From an uncultured Chloroflexia bacterium (lineage in GTDB: Bacteria; Chloroflexota; Limnocylindria; Limnocylindrales; CSP1-4), in contig CAVQJC010000001.1 in the NCBI GenBank assembly GCA_963712745.1, positions 160,001 through 224,000 of the forward strand: a stretch of DNA of 64,000 nucleotides. The letters run 5' to 3'. Position 1 is the first letter of the stretch. Each line of letters opens with the position of its first letter. The notes beneath the pieces are model-generated. The model saw nothing but the letters and a program-made list of their open reading frames with translations. It had not been told where the DNA came from and ran no database searches. This document shows positions 50,361 to 59,709 of the stretch, piece by piece. The position numbers and the translations under genes were made by a program.

Positions 50361-51019
50361 GAGACGCCAAGGCTCTCGAGCTGGTCGAAACCCTCCGGCG
50401 TGTCGGATACAGCGCCGTCGTTTCTGACTGTTGCGATCAAGTCGGACTGCGCGACCAGACGATGTCGGCGGGAATCACCCCCGTGTCGGGTGGTCCGGGT
50501 GTCTTGGTCGGCTTTGCCCGGCCCGTGCTGAGCGTCGCCGTGGACGGGATTCCGGACGAGCCCTATCGCGCAGAGATCGACTTCATCGACTCGCTTGGCC
50601 CGGACGACGTGGTGGCCGCAACGGTCGAGGCTCCGGGGGCGTTCTGGGGAGAGCTCTTCTCAACCGCTGCCAAGGCTCGTGGCGCGGCCGGTGTCGTAGT
50701 CGATGGTCTGGTGCGAGATCAGACACGCATCAGGCAACTGGGGTTCCCCGTCTATGCACGTGGCGCCCGGCCGACCGATAGCCTCGGCCGCATCTCCATC
50801 GGCGCATGCGATACCGCCACCCTCATCGGCGGGATCAGTGTGGGCCCGGGGGACCTTGTGGTGGCCGACGTCGACGGCGTGACGGTGGTGCCCGTGGATG
50901 CGATCGAGGAGGTCGCAACACGCGCGATTGAGAAAGCGACCACTGAGAACCACGCTCGCGAGATGCTGGAGGGCGGTGCGTTGCTGCGCGATGCGTGGGA
51001 CCGGTTCCGGGTGTTGTGA
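50357..51019 (+). CDS. RraA-family protein (HMG/CHA aldolase-like)
   Basis: AVVSD, AFWGEL, VVDGLVRD, PGDLVVADVDGV. Confidence 0.9.
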   Translation: MRDAKALELVETLRRVGYSAVVSDCCDQVGLRDQTMSAGITPVSGGPGVLVGFARPVLSVAVDGIPDEPYRAEIDFIDSLGPDDVVAATVEAPGAFWGELFSTAAKARGAAGVVVDGLVRDQTRIRQLGFPVYARGARPTDSLGRISIGACDTATLIGGISVGPGDLVVADVDGVTVVPVDAIEEVATRAIEKATTENHAREMLEGGALLRDAWDRFRVL

Positions 51020-51897
51020 CGGGCCTCGCCGGGATCTACGCCCCGATCTGCACGCCGTTCCTTCCCGACGAGGAGCTCGATCTCAGGGGCCTGCGCGCGA
51101 ACCTCGAGCGCTACGCGGATACGGGGGTCCATGGTCTGCTCGCGCTGGGCAGCAACGGCGAGAACCGAAGCCTGGACGAGGCCGAGCGCCTGAAGGTGCT
51201 CGACGCGGTGGTGTGTCACAAGGGCCGCGACCAGGCCGTGATGGCCGGCGCTACCTACGACGCACAGCGTTCCGCGGAGCGGTTCCTGGCCGCTGCTGCC
51301 GACCTCGGCGCCGACTACGGACTGGTCCTCTCACCCGGCTACCACCGCAAGCAGATGACCGAGGAGGTCCTGTACCGCTTCTTCTCGACCCTCGCGGACG
51401 TGTCGGCGATTCCGCTGATCGTATACAACGCCCCCGGCTTCAACGGCATCACGCTCACGCCCGAGTTGGTCGGGCGGCTGTCGGAACACCCCAACATCGC
51501 TGGGCTCAAGGACAGCGCCGCGGCCGGGTTCGAGCACTTCCTGCCCCTCCAGCGTCCGGACTTCGCCGTGCTCGCGGGCTCCGCCGACTTCCTCTTCGCG
51601 GCCATGATCGGCGGCGCACCCGGCGGCACGGTCTCGCTGGCGAACTCGTTCCCAGCACTCGCGTTGGCGTTGTACGAGCTGGGACGGTCGCGCAACTCGG
51701 AGGACGGAACCGTCCTGCAGGAGCGGGTGAGCCGCATCAACCGCGCCATCTCCGGGGCCTTTGGCGTAGCCGGGGTCAAGGCGGCCATGGATCTGGCCGG
51801 ACTCGTGGGCGGCATCCCTCGACGACCACTGCTCCCCTTGACCGAGAACGAGCGCCAGCAGTTGCGTGCCACCCTGGAGGCGGAAGGGCTCATCTGA
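51016..51897 (+). CDS. Dihydrodipicolinate-synthase-family aldolase/dehydratase (HOGA/KDG-aldolase-like)
   Basis: LGSNGE, IVYNAPG, HPNIAGLKDS. Confidence 0.9.
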   Translation: MTGLAGIYAPICTPFLPDEELDLRGLRANLERYADTGVHGLLALGSNGENRSLDEAERLKVLDAVVCHKGRDQAVMAGATYDAQRSAERFLAAAADLGADYGLVLSPGYHRKQMTEEVLYRFFSTLADVSAIPLIVYNAPGFNGITLTPELVGRLSEHPNIAGLKDSAAAGFEHFLPLQRPDFAVLAGSADFLFAAMIGGAPGGTVSLANSFPALALALYELGRSRNSEDGTVLQERVSRINRAISGAFGVAGVKAAMDLAGLVGGIPRRPLLPLTENERQQLRATLEAEGLI

Positions 51898-53264
51898 TGG
51901 GCACCGACATCCTGGCACTCGACGTGGGAACGAGTGGGCTTAAGGCAGGGGTCTATACCTCGGATCTGCGGCTCGAGCGCGCGGTAACCCACGGGTACGA
52001 GCCGGACATCAGTGCCGGCGGCCAGGCGGACATATGGCCCGAACGGTGGTGGTCGGCCATCACCGCTGCCTGCGCCGAGCTTGGGTCCTCCCTTGCGGAC
52101 GTCAGCGTCATCAGCCTGGGCGTGACCACTCCTGGCCTGACGCCGATGGCAGCGGATGGCACCGCCCTGGGTCCGGCCATCCTGATGATGGACGGACGCT
52201 CGCGGAACCAGGCGGCGGCCATTCGCAAAGCCGTGGGCGAGGAACGCTTCCTGGCACAGGCCTGCAACTTGCCGGTGTCAGGCGGATCGTCGCTCGCGAG
52301 CATCCTCTGGATCCGCGACGAGCGTCCCGAGGTCTGGGCCAAGGCCGCGATCTTCGGACACACCAACACGTACGTGGTAAAGCGGCTGACGGGGCAGTGG
52401 GCCATCGACCCGTCCACGACATCGATCACCGGCCTGTACGCAACCGCGCGCAACGATCTGACCTGGATTGCCGAGGTGCTCGAGGCGGCCCATCTCGACC
52501 CTGCGAGACTGCCGCCTCTGATGCACTCGTTCGACCCGGTCGGGCGGATCTTACCAGCGGTCGCCGATGCGCTCGGATTGCCTCGCGAGGCGGTGGTGTT
52601 GTGCGGTGCGAATGACGCAGCCCTCGCAGCATGGTCAGGCGGGCTGTCCGAGCCCGGTGATGCCAACATCATCAGCGGTACCACCGACATCGCCAATGTC
52701 TGTACCGACGCGCCCGTGGCCTCGCCAGACTTCAACGTCCGCTGTCATGTCGTCCCCGGGCGCTGGCTCACGTTCTTCGTGCTCAACACCGGTGGCGTGG
52801 CCTATGACTGGTTCCGGCGCACCTTCTGCCGCGAGTTTGCGGTTGACGACTTCTACGCCGAGTACCTACCCGGCGTGTTAGAGGGCTTCCTCGGCGATCC
52901 CGCGGTCGATGGGCGAGAGGCCGAGCTGCCGACCTACCTGCCCTTCCTCGCCGGCAGCCGCTACTCGACCGAGCCACTTACGGCGTCATTCTCCGGTATC
53001 GGGCTCCAGACCACGCGAGAAGACCTGCTCCTGGCCATCGTGTGCGGCAACCTGCAGTACCTCGGCCAGCACCTCGAGCAGGTCGCCGCGCACGTACGCG
53101 TCAACCCGACGGTCGGCATCTCCGGTGGCGCAGCCCGGATCAGGGGCATGCTCGAAGCACGTCGGCGCTGGACGGGTGACTTCGAGTACGTCTTCCAGGA
53201 CCAATCGTCGCTGCTCGGGGCGGCCATGCTCGGGCAGGTGTATCAGCGTGGTGGCGCGGTATGA
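51897..53264 (+). CDS. FGGY-family sugar kinase (xylulokinase-like)
   Basis: LDVGTSGLK, DGRS, GANDA, YLPFLAGSR, SGG. Confidence 0.9.
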   Translation: MGTDILALDVGTSGLKAGVYTSDLRLERAVTHGYEPDISAGGQADIWPERWWSAITAACAELGSSLADVSVISLGVTTPGLTPMAADGTALGPAILMMDGRSRNQAAAIRKAVGEERFLAQACNLPVSGGSSLASILWIRDERPEVWAKAAIFGHTNTYVVKRLTGQWAIDPSTTSITGLYATARNDLTWIAEVLEAAHLDPARLPPLMHSFDPVGRILPAVADALGLPREAVVLCGANDAALAAWSGGLSEPGDANIISGTTDIANVCTDAPVASPDFNVRCHVVPGRWLTFFVLNTGGVAYDWFRRTFCREFAVDDFYAEYLPGVLEGFLGDPAVDGREAELPTYLPFLAGSRYSTEPLTASFSGIGLQTTREDLLLAIVCGNLQYLGQHLEQVAAHVRVNPTVGISGGAARIRGMLEARRRWTGDFEYVFQDQSSLLGAAMLGQVYQRGGAV

Positions 53265-53289
53265 GGCAGGCAAGGAGCGTGTGATAGCG

Positions 53290-54135
53290 ATGGCAGCGAC
53301 CAGAACCATGGTGGCCACGGCCATGCAGGGCGGCTACGCCGTGCCGGCGATCAACGTCGTCGACCAGCTGTCCATGGAAGCGGTGCTGGCGGCGGCCCAG
53401 GAGCTGCGCAGCCCGGTCATCGTGCAGACCTCGGTCAAGACCGTGCGCTCCATCGGCCTCGAGGTGCTGAAGGCGATGTGGGACACGACGGCCGCCTCGG
53501 TCGACGTGCCCGTGGCGCTGCACCTGGACCACTGCCCCGACCGAGGGGTCATCAGCGACTGCCTCGCCGCAGGCTGGGACTCGGTGCTGTTCGATGCACA
53601 CGAGCTCTCGGTCGAGGAGAACGAGCGCCAGTGCATCGAGGTCGTGGCCGAGGCGCGGCGCCACGGTGCCGACGTGGAGGGCGAGATCGAGGGCATCCGC
53701 GGCGTGGAGGACGGCATCGGTTCCGACGTTGCCAGCGTCATCCGGTCGCTCGAGGTCGCCGTCGGATTCATCGAGCGCACGGGCGTGGATATCTTCGCCC
53801 CGGCCATCGGCAACGCCCACGGCATGTACGCCGCACAGCCGACGCTCGACCACCAGCGCATCAGCGACCTCGTCGCGGCCACCGGCATCCCCATGGCGCT
53901 GCACGGCGGCACCGGCCTCAGCCCCGAGCAGTTCCGCGACCTGATCGCCCGCGGCTGCGCCAAGGTCAACGTCTCGACCGCCCTGAAGATGGCCTACATC
54001 GAGGCCAGCCGGGCCTACCTCGATGAGCACCCCGACGCGGCCGACCCGCCCAGGCTCTTCGCCCACGTGCGCGAGGCAGTGATGGAGATGACGCGGGCAC
54101 ACATCCGCATGTTCGGCTCGGAGGGGAGGGCATGA
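53290..54135 (+). CDS. Class II ketose-bisphosphate aldolase
   Basis: YAVPAIN, LHLDH, VEGEI, AIGNAHG, ALHGGTG, KVNVST. Confidence 0.93.
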   Translation: MAATRTMVATAMQGGYAVPAINVVDQLSMEAVLAAAQELRSPVIVQTSVKTVRSIGLEVLKAMWDTTAASVDVPVALHLDHCPDRGVISDCLAAGWDSVLFDAHELSVEENERQCIEVVAEARRHGADVEGEIEGIRGVEDGIGSDVASVIRSLEVAVGFIERTGVDIFAPAIGNAHGMYAAQPTLDHQRISDLVAATGIPMALHGGTGLSPEQFRDLIARGCAKVNVSTALKMAYIEASRAYLDEHPDAADPPRLFAHVREAVMEMTRAHIRMFGSEGRA

Positions 54136-55019
54136 GCGCGCTCCTCTTCGACTGCGACGGCGTCCTCGCCGACACCGAGCGCCACGGGCACCTGCCCGCC
54201 TTCAACCGGGCCTTCGCCGAGTTCGGGTTGCCCGTCCGCTGGTCGGAGGAGGAATACGGCAGGGCCCTGCATATCGGTGGCGGCAAGGAGCGCCTGGCCT
54301 CCCTGCTCACCCCCGAGCTCGTGGCCGAGGCTGGTCTGCCGACCGACCCGGAGGGCCAGGCTGTCGAGGTCGCGAGGTGGCACCGGCGCAAGACCGAGCT
54401 GTATGTCGAGCTGGTCCGCGCGGGCCGGCTGCCACCGCGCCCTGGCATCGCCCGCATCGTGGACGAAGCGCGCGTCGCAGGATGGCAGCTCGCGGTCTGC
54501 TCGACCTCGGCCGAGCCCTCGGTCCGCGCCATCCTGGAGACGGCGGTCGGGACCGACGCGGCGGCGGACTTCCTCGTGCTGGCCGGGGACATCGTGGCGG
54601 CCAAGAAGCCGGCGCCGGACATCTACGAGCTCGCGCTCGAGCGGCTCGGCATCGAGCCTGAGGAGGCGGTCGTCGTCGAGGACTCGCGCAACGGGCTGCT
54701 CGCAGCCCACGCCGCTGGGCTGGCCACCGTCGTCACTGTCAACGGCTACACCCGCGACCAGGACTTCGGCGAGGCCGCCCTCGTGGTCTCGTCACTGGGC
54801 GACCCTGGGGCTGAGCCTATCGAGGTGCTGGCCGATCGGGCAGGAGTGGGGGCAGGAGCCTACCTGACGCTGCCGGACCTCCAGGCATGCCGTCCGTGCC
54901 AGCCGAAGCAGCGGGCCCGAAACCTCATCCCAGAAGTACATCCGGTCCATGCAGCGAAGGGAGCATCACATGAACTCGATCGAACGTGTCGCAGCGGCGA
55001 TCGAACTGCGGAACCCTGA
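54132..55019 (+). CDS. HAD-IA phosphatase, CbbY-like
   Basis: FDCDGVLADTERHGH, GGGKER, KKPAPDIY, EDSRNG. Confidence 0.9.
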   Translation: MSALLFDCDGVLADTERHGHLPAFNRAFAEFGLPVRWSEEEYGRALHIGGGKERLASLLTPELVAEAGLPTDPEGQAVEVARWHRRKTELYVELVRAGRLPPRPGIARIVDEARVAGWQLAVCSTSAEPSVRAILETAVGTDAAADFLVLAGDIVAAKKPAPDIYELALERLGIEPEEAVVVEDSRNGLLAAHAAGLATVVTVNGYTRDQDFGEAALVVSSLGDPGAEPIEVLADRAGVGAGAYLTLPDLQACRPCQPKQRARNLIPEVHPVHAAKGASHELDRTCRSGDRTAEP

Positions 55020-56002
55020 CCGGGTTCCCGTAGATCTACACAACTTCCTGCCTGCTGCGCAGGCATTTGGACGCCCGTTCACGGAGACGTTCAGGGACGG
55101 GGAGTTGCTGGCCCAGGCCATGCTGGACGCGTGGCGCGAGTTCGGCCACGACATGATCCTCCTCGAGAACGGGACCGGCTGCAATGCCGAGGCCTGCGGG
55201 GCCGAGGTCAGCTATCGCGATGATGCCTCGCCCGTGGCCGAGAAGCCGCTCATCTCATCGCTCGACCAAGTCGCAGATCTGGTCGTGCCGGACCCTGAGA
55301 CGACCTTCCCACAGAATGAGATCCTCAAGGCCACGAGCGATCCTGTCCAAGGAAATCGGGGACCAAGCCTGGATCGTGGCGCGAGCGGACCAGGGACCGT
55401 TCGACCTTGCCGCCCAGCTCTTCGGGATGGAGGACCTGATGATGGCCATGGCCATGGGCGAGACCGAGGGCGTGAAGACGCTGCTCTCCTACTGCCGTGA
55501 GGTCACCACTCGCTACGCCTACGCATTGCTGGACGCAGGCGGTCGCTCGACGTCGATCGGAGAGCCGGTCTCCGGTCCCGGCCTCATCTCGCCGAAGGAC
55601 TACCAGCGCTTCGCGATGCCGCAGCAGCGCCAGCTCGTGGAGGACGTCACAGCCCACGGTGGCATCGTCGCTAACCACATCTGCGGCGACACGATCCCGA
55701 TCTTCGACGACTTCATGGCCACAGGTGCCCAGATCCTGGAGATCGACCACGTCACCGACAAGCAGGCGGCCAAGGACCTCGCTCGTGGCCGCACCTGTCT
55801 GCTCGGTACGCTCGACACCAACACCATCACCATGGGCACGCCCGCCGAGGTCGAGGACGAAGTGCGTGAAGCGATCGCCATCCTGGCACCCGATAGCGGC
55901 TTCATCATCGGTCCGGGCTGCGCGCTCGGGCCGGAGACCCCGGCGGACAACATCCATGCGCTGATTGAGGCTGCGCGCAAGTACGGGACCTATCCAGTCT
56001 GA
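54970..56002 (+). pseudogene. MtaA/CmuA-type (URO-D superfamily) methyltransferase, frameshifted near 55335
   Basis: MNSIERV..PDRVPV, AEACGA, then QGPFDLA, HICGD, GPGCAL (complete HxC..C zinc motif) in another frame. Confidence 0.85.
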
Positions 56003-56171
56003 CCCGGTCACGGCGAGAGGACTGCTCACTCGGCAAGTCAGTCGGCAGGGCCAGAGCGATGGAACTCACGCCTAGGATGCGAAGACTGCTCCCGTCAATC
56101 AACCTCGACCGGCATCAGCTCGGCGGACCCATCCAGGTTCGGACAATCTGCAAGGAGGAGGGACACGATCC

Positions 56172-56804
56172 ATGGCTGACCTGACCGCACTGACCGCGGC
56201 CGTCGAAGCGGGCAACCGGGCCGAGGCGGTGAGCCTCACCCAGGCCGCCATCGACGCGGGTACCCCACCCCAGGAGATCCTCGACGCCATGACGACGGCG
56301 ATGACCGAGGTCGGCCGCAAGTTCGCCTGCAACGAGGGCGTGTACGTGCCCGAGATGCTCATCAGCGCCCACGCCATGAAGGAAGCCAGTGCGCTGCTCG
56401 AGCCGCTGCTGGCCGCCTCGGGTATCAAGCCCGAGCACACCGCCGTCATCGGCACGGTGCAGGGCGACCTCCACGACATCGGCAAGAACCTCGTGGGCAT
56501 GATGCTGAAAGGCGCCAACTTCGAGATCGTGGACCTGGGCACCAACGTCAGCCCCGAGGCCTTCGCCGAGGCGGCGGTGGAGCACGGCGCCACCATCGTC
56601 GGCATCAGCGCCCTGCTGACGACCACGATGGTGGGCATGAAGGCCGCCGTGGAGGCCATCCGGGCGGCCGACCCCAAGGCCAAGATCCTCGTCGGCGGGG
56701 CGCCCGTGACCGACGAGTTCGCCGCCGAGATCGGCGCCGACGGCTTCGCCAAGGACGCCGCCACCGCGGCCAACGTGGCCCAGGCACTGCTGGCGGCGCG
56801 GTAG
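56172..56804 (+). CDS. Corrinoid (B12-binding) protein, second copy
   Basis: GTVQGDLHDIGKNLV, SALLTTTM, VGGAPVT. Strong RBS AAGGAGG. Confidence 0.95.
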   Translation: MADLTALTAAVEAGNRAEAVSLTQAAIDAGTPPQEILDAMTTAMTEVGRKFACNEGVYVPEMLISAHAMKEASALLEPLLAASGIKPEHTAVIGTVQGDLHDIGKNLVGMMLKGANFEIVDLGTNVSPEAFAEAAVEHGATIVGISALLTTTMVGMKAAVEAIRAADPKAKILVGGAPVTDEFAAEIGADGFAKDAATAANVAQALLAAR

Positions 56805-56863
56805 GGCAGCGAGCAGCACATAGCGCGTGCCCTGGTGGGGCTCCTGAGCAAGTGCCCGATCCG

Positions 56864-57015
56864 CACGATGCCGCGGGTTCGCCCAGATAGGCACCAACTG
56901 GCCAAATCCAGTCAGTCACGCAGTCAGTCACGGAACCCGAAAACGGGGTCGTCCGGAGTGGGACGGAGTCGCCCGTAGAGGGCATTCCACGAGGGAAAGG
57001 TGGCTCCGGCGGTAG
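56864..57015 (+). repeat. att-like unit D (original tRNA-proximal island end): decayed integrase tail + arm + tRNA 3' end
   Basis: Frame HDAAGSPR*APTGQIQSVTQSVTEPENGVVRSGTESPVEGIPRGKGGSGG. Tandem CAGTCAGTCACG x2 at 56909-56932. Confidence 0.92.
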
Positions 57016-58346
57016 TGTCTGAGTTCAGGACATAGGTGACACCTGATAGGTCACAGGTGAGTCGGGACATCGGTGACAGTCCGGTGCATGTCGAAGCATC
57101 GGGTGGCCGTCCTGAAGGTCCTCACGCATCAGTCGTCCGTCACCGCTGCCGCAGCCGAGGTGGGCCTGAGTCGGGGCTACCTGCAGCGACTCCTGCGCCG
57201 CTGCCGCGAGGGCGGACTCGAGGCGCTCGAGCCACGGTCGCGGCGGCCACGTACCAGCCCCGGCCGCATACCCGAGGCGGTCCGCGAGCGCATCGTCGCG
57301 TTGCGCACCGAGCTCACCGCCCAGGGCCTCGATGCCGGCCCCGTCACGATCGTTTGGCACCTCGAGCGCGAAGGGCTCCGCGTGCCTTCGGACTCGACGA
57401 TCCGGCGGGTCCTCCATGCCGCGGGCCTCGTCGTGCCCGAGCCGCGCAAGCGCCCGCGCAGCTCGTGGCACCGCTTCGAGGCCACGATGCCCAACGAGCT
57501 GTGGCAGTCGGACGTGACCCACTGGCGGCTCGCCGATGGGAGCGAGGTCGAGATCTGCTCCTGGCTCGACGACCACGCCCGCTACCTGCTCGACTGCACG
57601 GCCTTCCGACACGTCGACGGTGACGACGTGGTGGCCTCGTTCTGCGCCGCGGGCGAGGCCCACGGTTGGCCCGCGGCCACGCTCACCGACAACGCCGCGG
57701 TCTACACCTCGCGCTTCACGGGCGGGCGCAACGCCTTCGAGTACCTGCTCGCCTACCTCGGTATCCAGCAGAAGAACGGGGCGCCCGGCCATCCCCAGAC
57801 GCAGGGCAAGATCGAGCGCTTCCACCAGACCTTGAAGCGCTGGCTCGCACAGCGAGCCCGCCGCACGGACCATCCCTGAGCTGCAGGCGCAGCTCGATGC
57901 CTTCCGGGCGACCTACGACGAGGAGCGTCCGCACCGGGCCATCGGCCGACGCACCCCGGCCGAGGCCTACCGGGCGAGCCCGAAGGCCCACCCCGCCGGG
58001 CGCGGCGCCCCAGGGCATCTGCGCCTGCGCTACGACCTGGTCGACAAGGGCGGCCGCATCACGTTGCGCCGGGCCGGTCGCCTGCACCACCTGGGGATCG
58101 GGGCCGCCCATGCCCGCAAGCGCGTCCTGGCCATCGTCGATGAGCGCGCGGTCACGGTCGTCGACCTCGGGACCGGCGAGGTCCTCTCAAGCCATCTGAT
58201 CGCGCCCGATCGCGACTACTGGCGCAACCAACGACGAGACCCCGGCCGGTGGCCGGGGTCCCAAGCGACTCGATGACGTCTGAGCTGGTTCATCGGTTGT
58301 CACCGATGTCCCGACTCATCTGTCACCTATGTCGCGACTCATGACA
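57016..58346 (+). mobile_element. IS481-family insertion sequence flanked by a 16-bp direct repeat
   Basis: TGT..ACA ends with repeated GACAT(A/C)GGTGACA subterminal motifs. GTGGCTCCGGCGGTAG is present at 57000-57015 and 58347-58362. Confidence 0.92.
57088..58276 (+). pseudogene. IS481-family DDE transposase, frameshifted near 57855
   Basis: PRSRRPRTSP, PNELWQSD, LDDHAR, LTDNA, PQTQGKIERFHQTLK, then YDEERPHRAI..YWRNQ in another frame. Confidence 0.9.
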
Positions 58347-58347
58347 G

Positions 58348-58422
58348 TGGCTCCGGCGGTAGGATTCGAACCTACGACCAATCGGTTAACAGCCGACCGC
58401 TCTACCACTGAGCTACGCCGGA
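58348..58422 (-). tRNA. tRNA-Asn (GTT) with encoded CCA
   Basis: TCCGGCGTAGCTCAGTGGTAGAGCGGTCGGCTGTTAACCGATTGGTCGTAGGTTCGAATCCTACCGCCGGAGCCA forms a full cloverleaf. Confidence 0.98.
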
Positions 58423-58606
58423 ACGGGTCCTGGTCGCACGTCGGATGGACCCGGACGTGCCGACACAAACACCACGCGACTGGTGGTGCCGGAAGAGGAT
58501 AGCACCTCCACGCTCGAGCCCCGCTCTGCCGAGGTCCCCGACCTTGCCGCGGGAGTACTTCCGGACCCCTTTCGTGGTGCGTCGCCGCGCCAGTAGCATC
58601 GCGAGC

Positions 58607-59707
58607 GTGGACGACGACATCTTCACGCCCTGGCTGCTGCTCGTCGCGGCCGGCCTCGTCGGCGGCATCGTGCTGTTCGTGCGCGGCTTGGTGGCGTACC
58701 GGCGCGACCGCCTCATCTCCTCGGTGGCCACCTCCAGCCTCGACGGCATCGCCGCGGGCGAGGTCCGCGTCACCGGCCTGGTCGAGCCCATCGAGCAGAC
58801 GCTCATCTCGCCGCTCCAGTCGAAGCCCTGCGTCTGGTACCGGGCACGCGTCGAGACCACCGGTGACAACAGCCGCGTCCTGCTCGACGAGGAGAAGTCG
58901 CAGGAGTTCCGCATCCGCAACGAGAGCGGTGAGATCCGCGTGGTCCCCCGCGGCGCACGCTGGGAGATCGGCACGGCCTACGACGAGTCGACCAGCATGT
59001 TCGGCGACGAACCCCCGGGGCTGGACCGTCGCCGAGGTGCGGTCTACGCCAGCGTGCTCCAGCGCGACCCCGAGCACATGACCGACATCGAGCGCGAGAC
59101 CGCGGCCCAGGCCCTGCTGACCGTGCAGCAGCCGGAGCCATCGAGCTGGGATGCCGGCGATCCGAGCGTGGTCGACTTCGGGGCACCCTTGGGCAAGGAG
59201 ACCGGCCGGCGCTATCGCGAAGCCCGCCTGGAGCCCGGCCAGACCATCACCGTCCTCGGCCAGGCCTGGCCCTGGGGCGAGGTGTGCGAGGTGCTGCTCA
59301 CCTGGACTCCCAGCAGCAACGTCGAGGCAGATATGGCCGGCGATCTGGCCTATGCCCGGGAGATGGGCATCCTCGCGGCCAGCCCGGAGGAGGCCTGGGG
59401 TAACGCCGCCATCCCCGGCTTCGGCATCGGCCAACCGACCGCCGCCCCGGAGCTCGACCCGCGAGCCAACGCCCCCGAGGTGCCCGAGGACGAATCGATC
59501 CACCGCGACGCGCTCGAGAAGTACGACATCCCCGACGAGGAGCTGGTCCTCTCGCGGGGGCTCAAGGGCGGCCTGGCCATCTACGCGGGCAACCCGGCCG
59601 AGGCCACGCAACACCACGACTTCGACTTCATGCTCGGGGTGATCGGGGCGGTGATGGCAGCACTCTGCGCCTTCGGACTCGGCGCCCTGCTCACCGGTAC
59701 GCTGTAG
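58607..59707 (+). CDS. Membrane protein with GIDE-like domain (LemA-associated)
   Basis: N- and C-terminal TM helices, GEVRVTG, LISPLQSKPCVWY, RYREARLEPG. Directly upstream of lemA. Confidence 0.7.
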   Translation: MDDDIFTPWLLLVAAGLVGGIVLFVRGLVAYRRDRLISSVATSSLDGIAAGEVRVTGLVEPIEQTLISPLQSKPCVWYRARVETTGDNSRVLLDEEKSQEFRIRNESGEIRVVPRGARWEIGTAYDESTSMFGDEPPGLDRRRGAVYASVLQRDPEHMTDIERETAAQALLTVQQPEPSSWDAGDPSVVDFGAPLGKETGRRYREARLEPGQTITVLGQAWPWGEVCEVLLTWTPSSNVEADMAGDLAYAREMGILAASPEEAWGNAAIPGFGIGQPTAAPELDPRANAPEVPEDESIHRDALEKYDIPDEELVLSRGLKGGLAIYAGNPAEATQHHDFDFMLGVIGAVMAALCAFGLGALLTGTL

Positions 59708-59709
59708 CC

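Noticed and set aside
50898-53264. 788-aa ORF
   Set aside because: The N-terminal part is an off-frame overlap of the DHDPS-family gene. The FGGY kinase starts at 51897.
16-58422. Classical integron (intI/attC) or prophage
   Set aside because: No IntI, no attC hairpins recognised, and no phage structural or replication genes.
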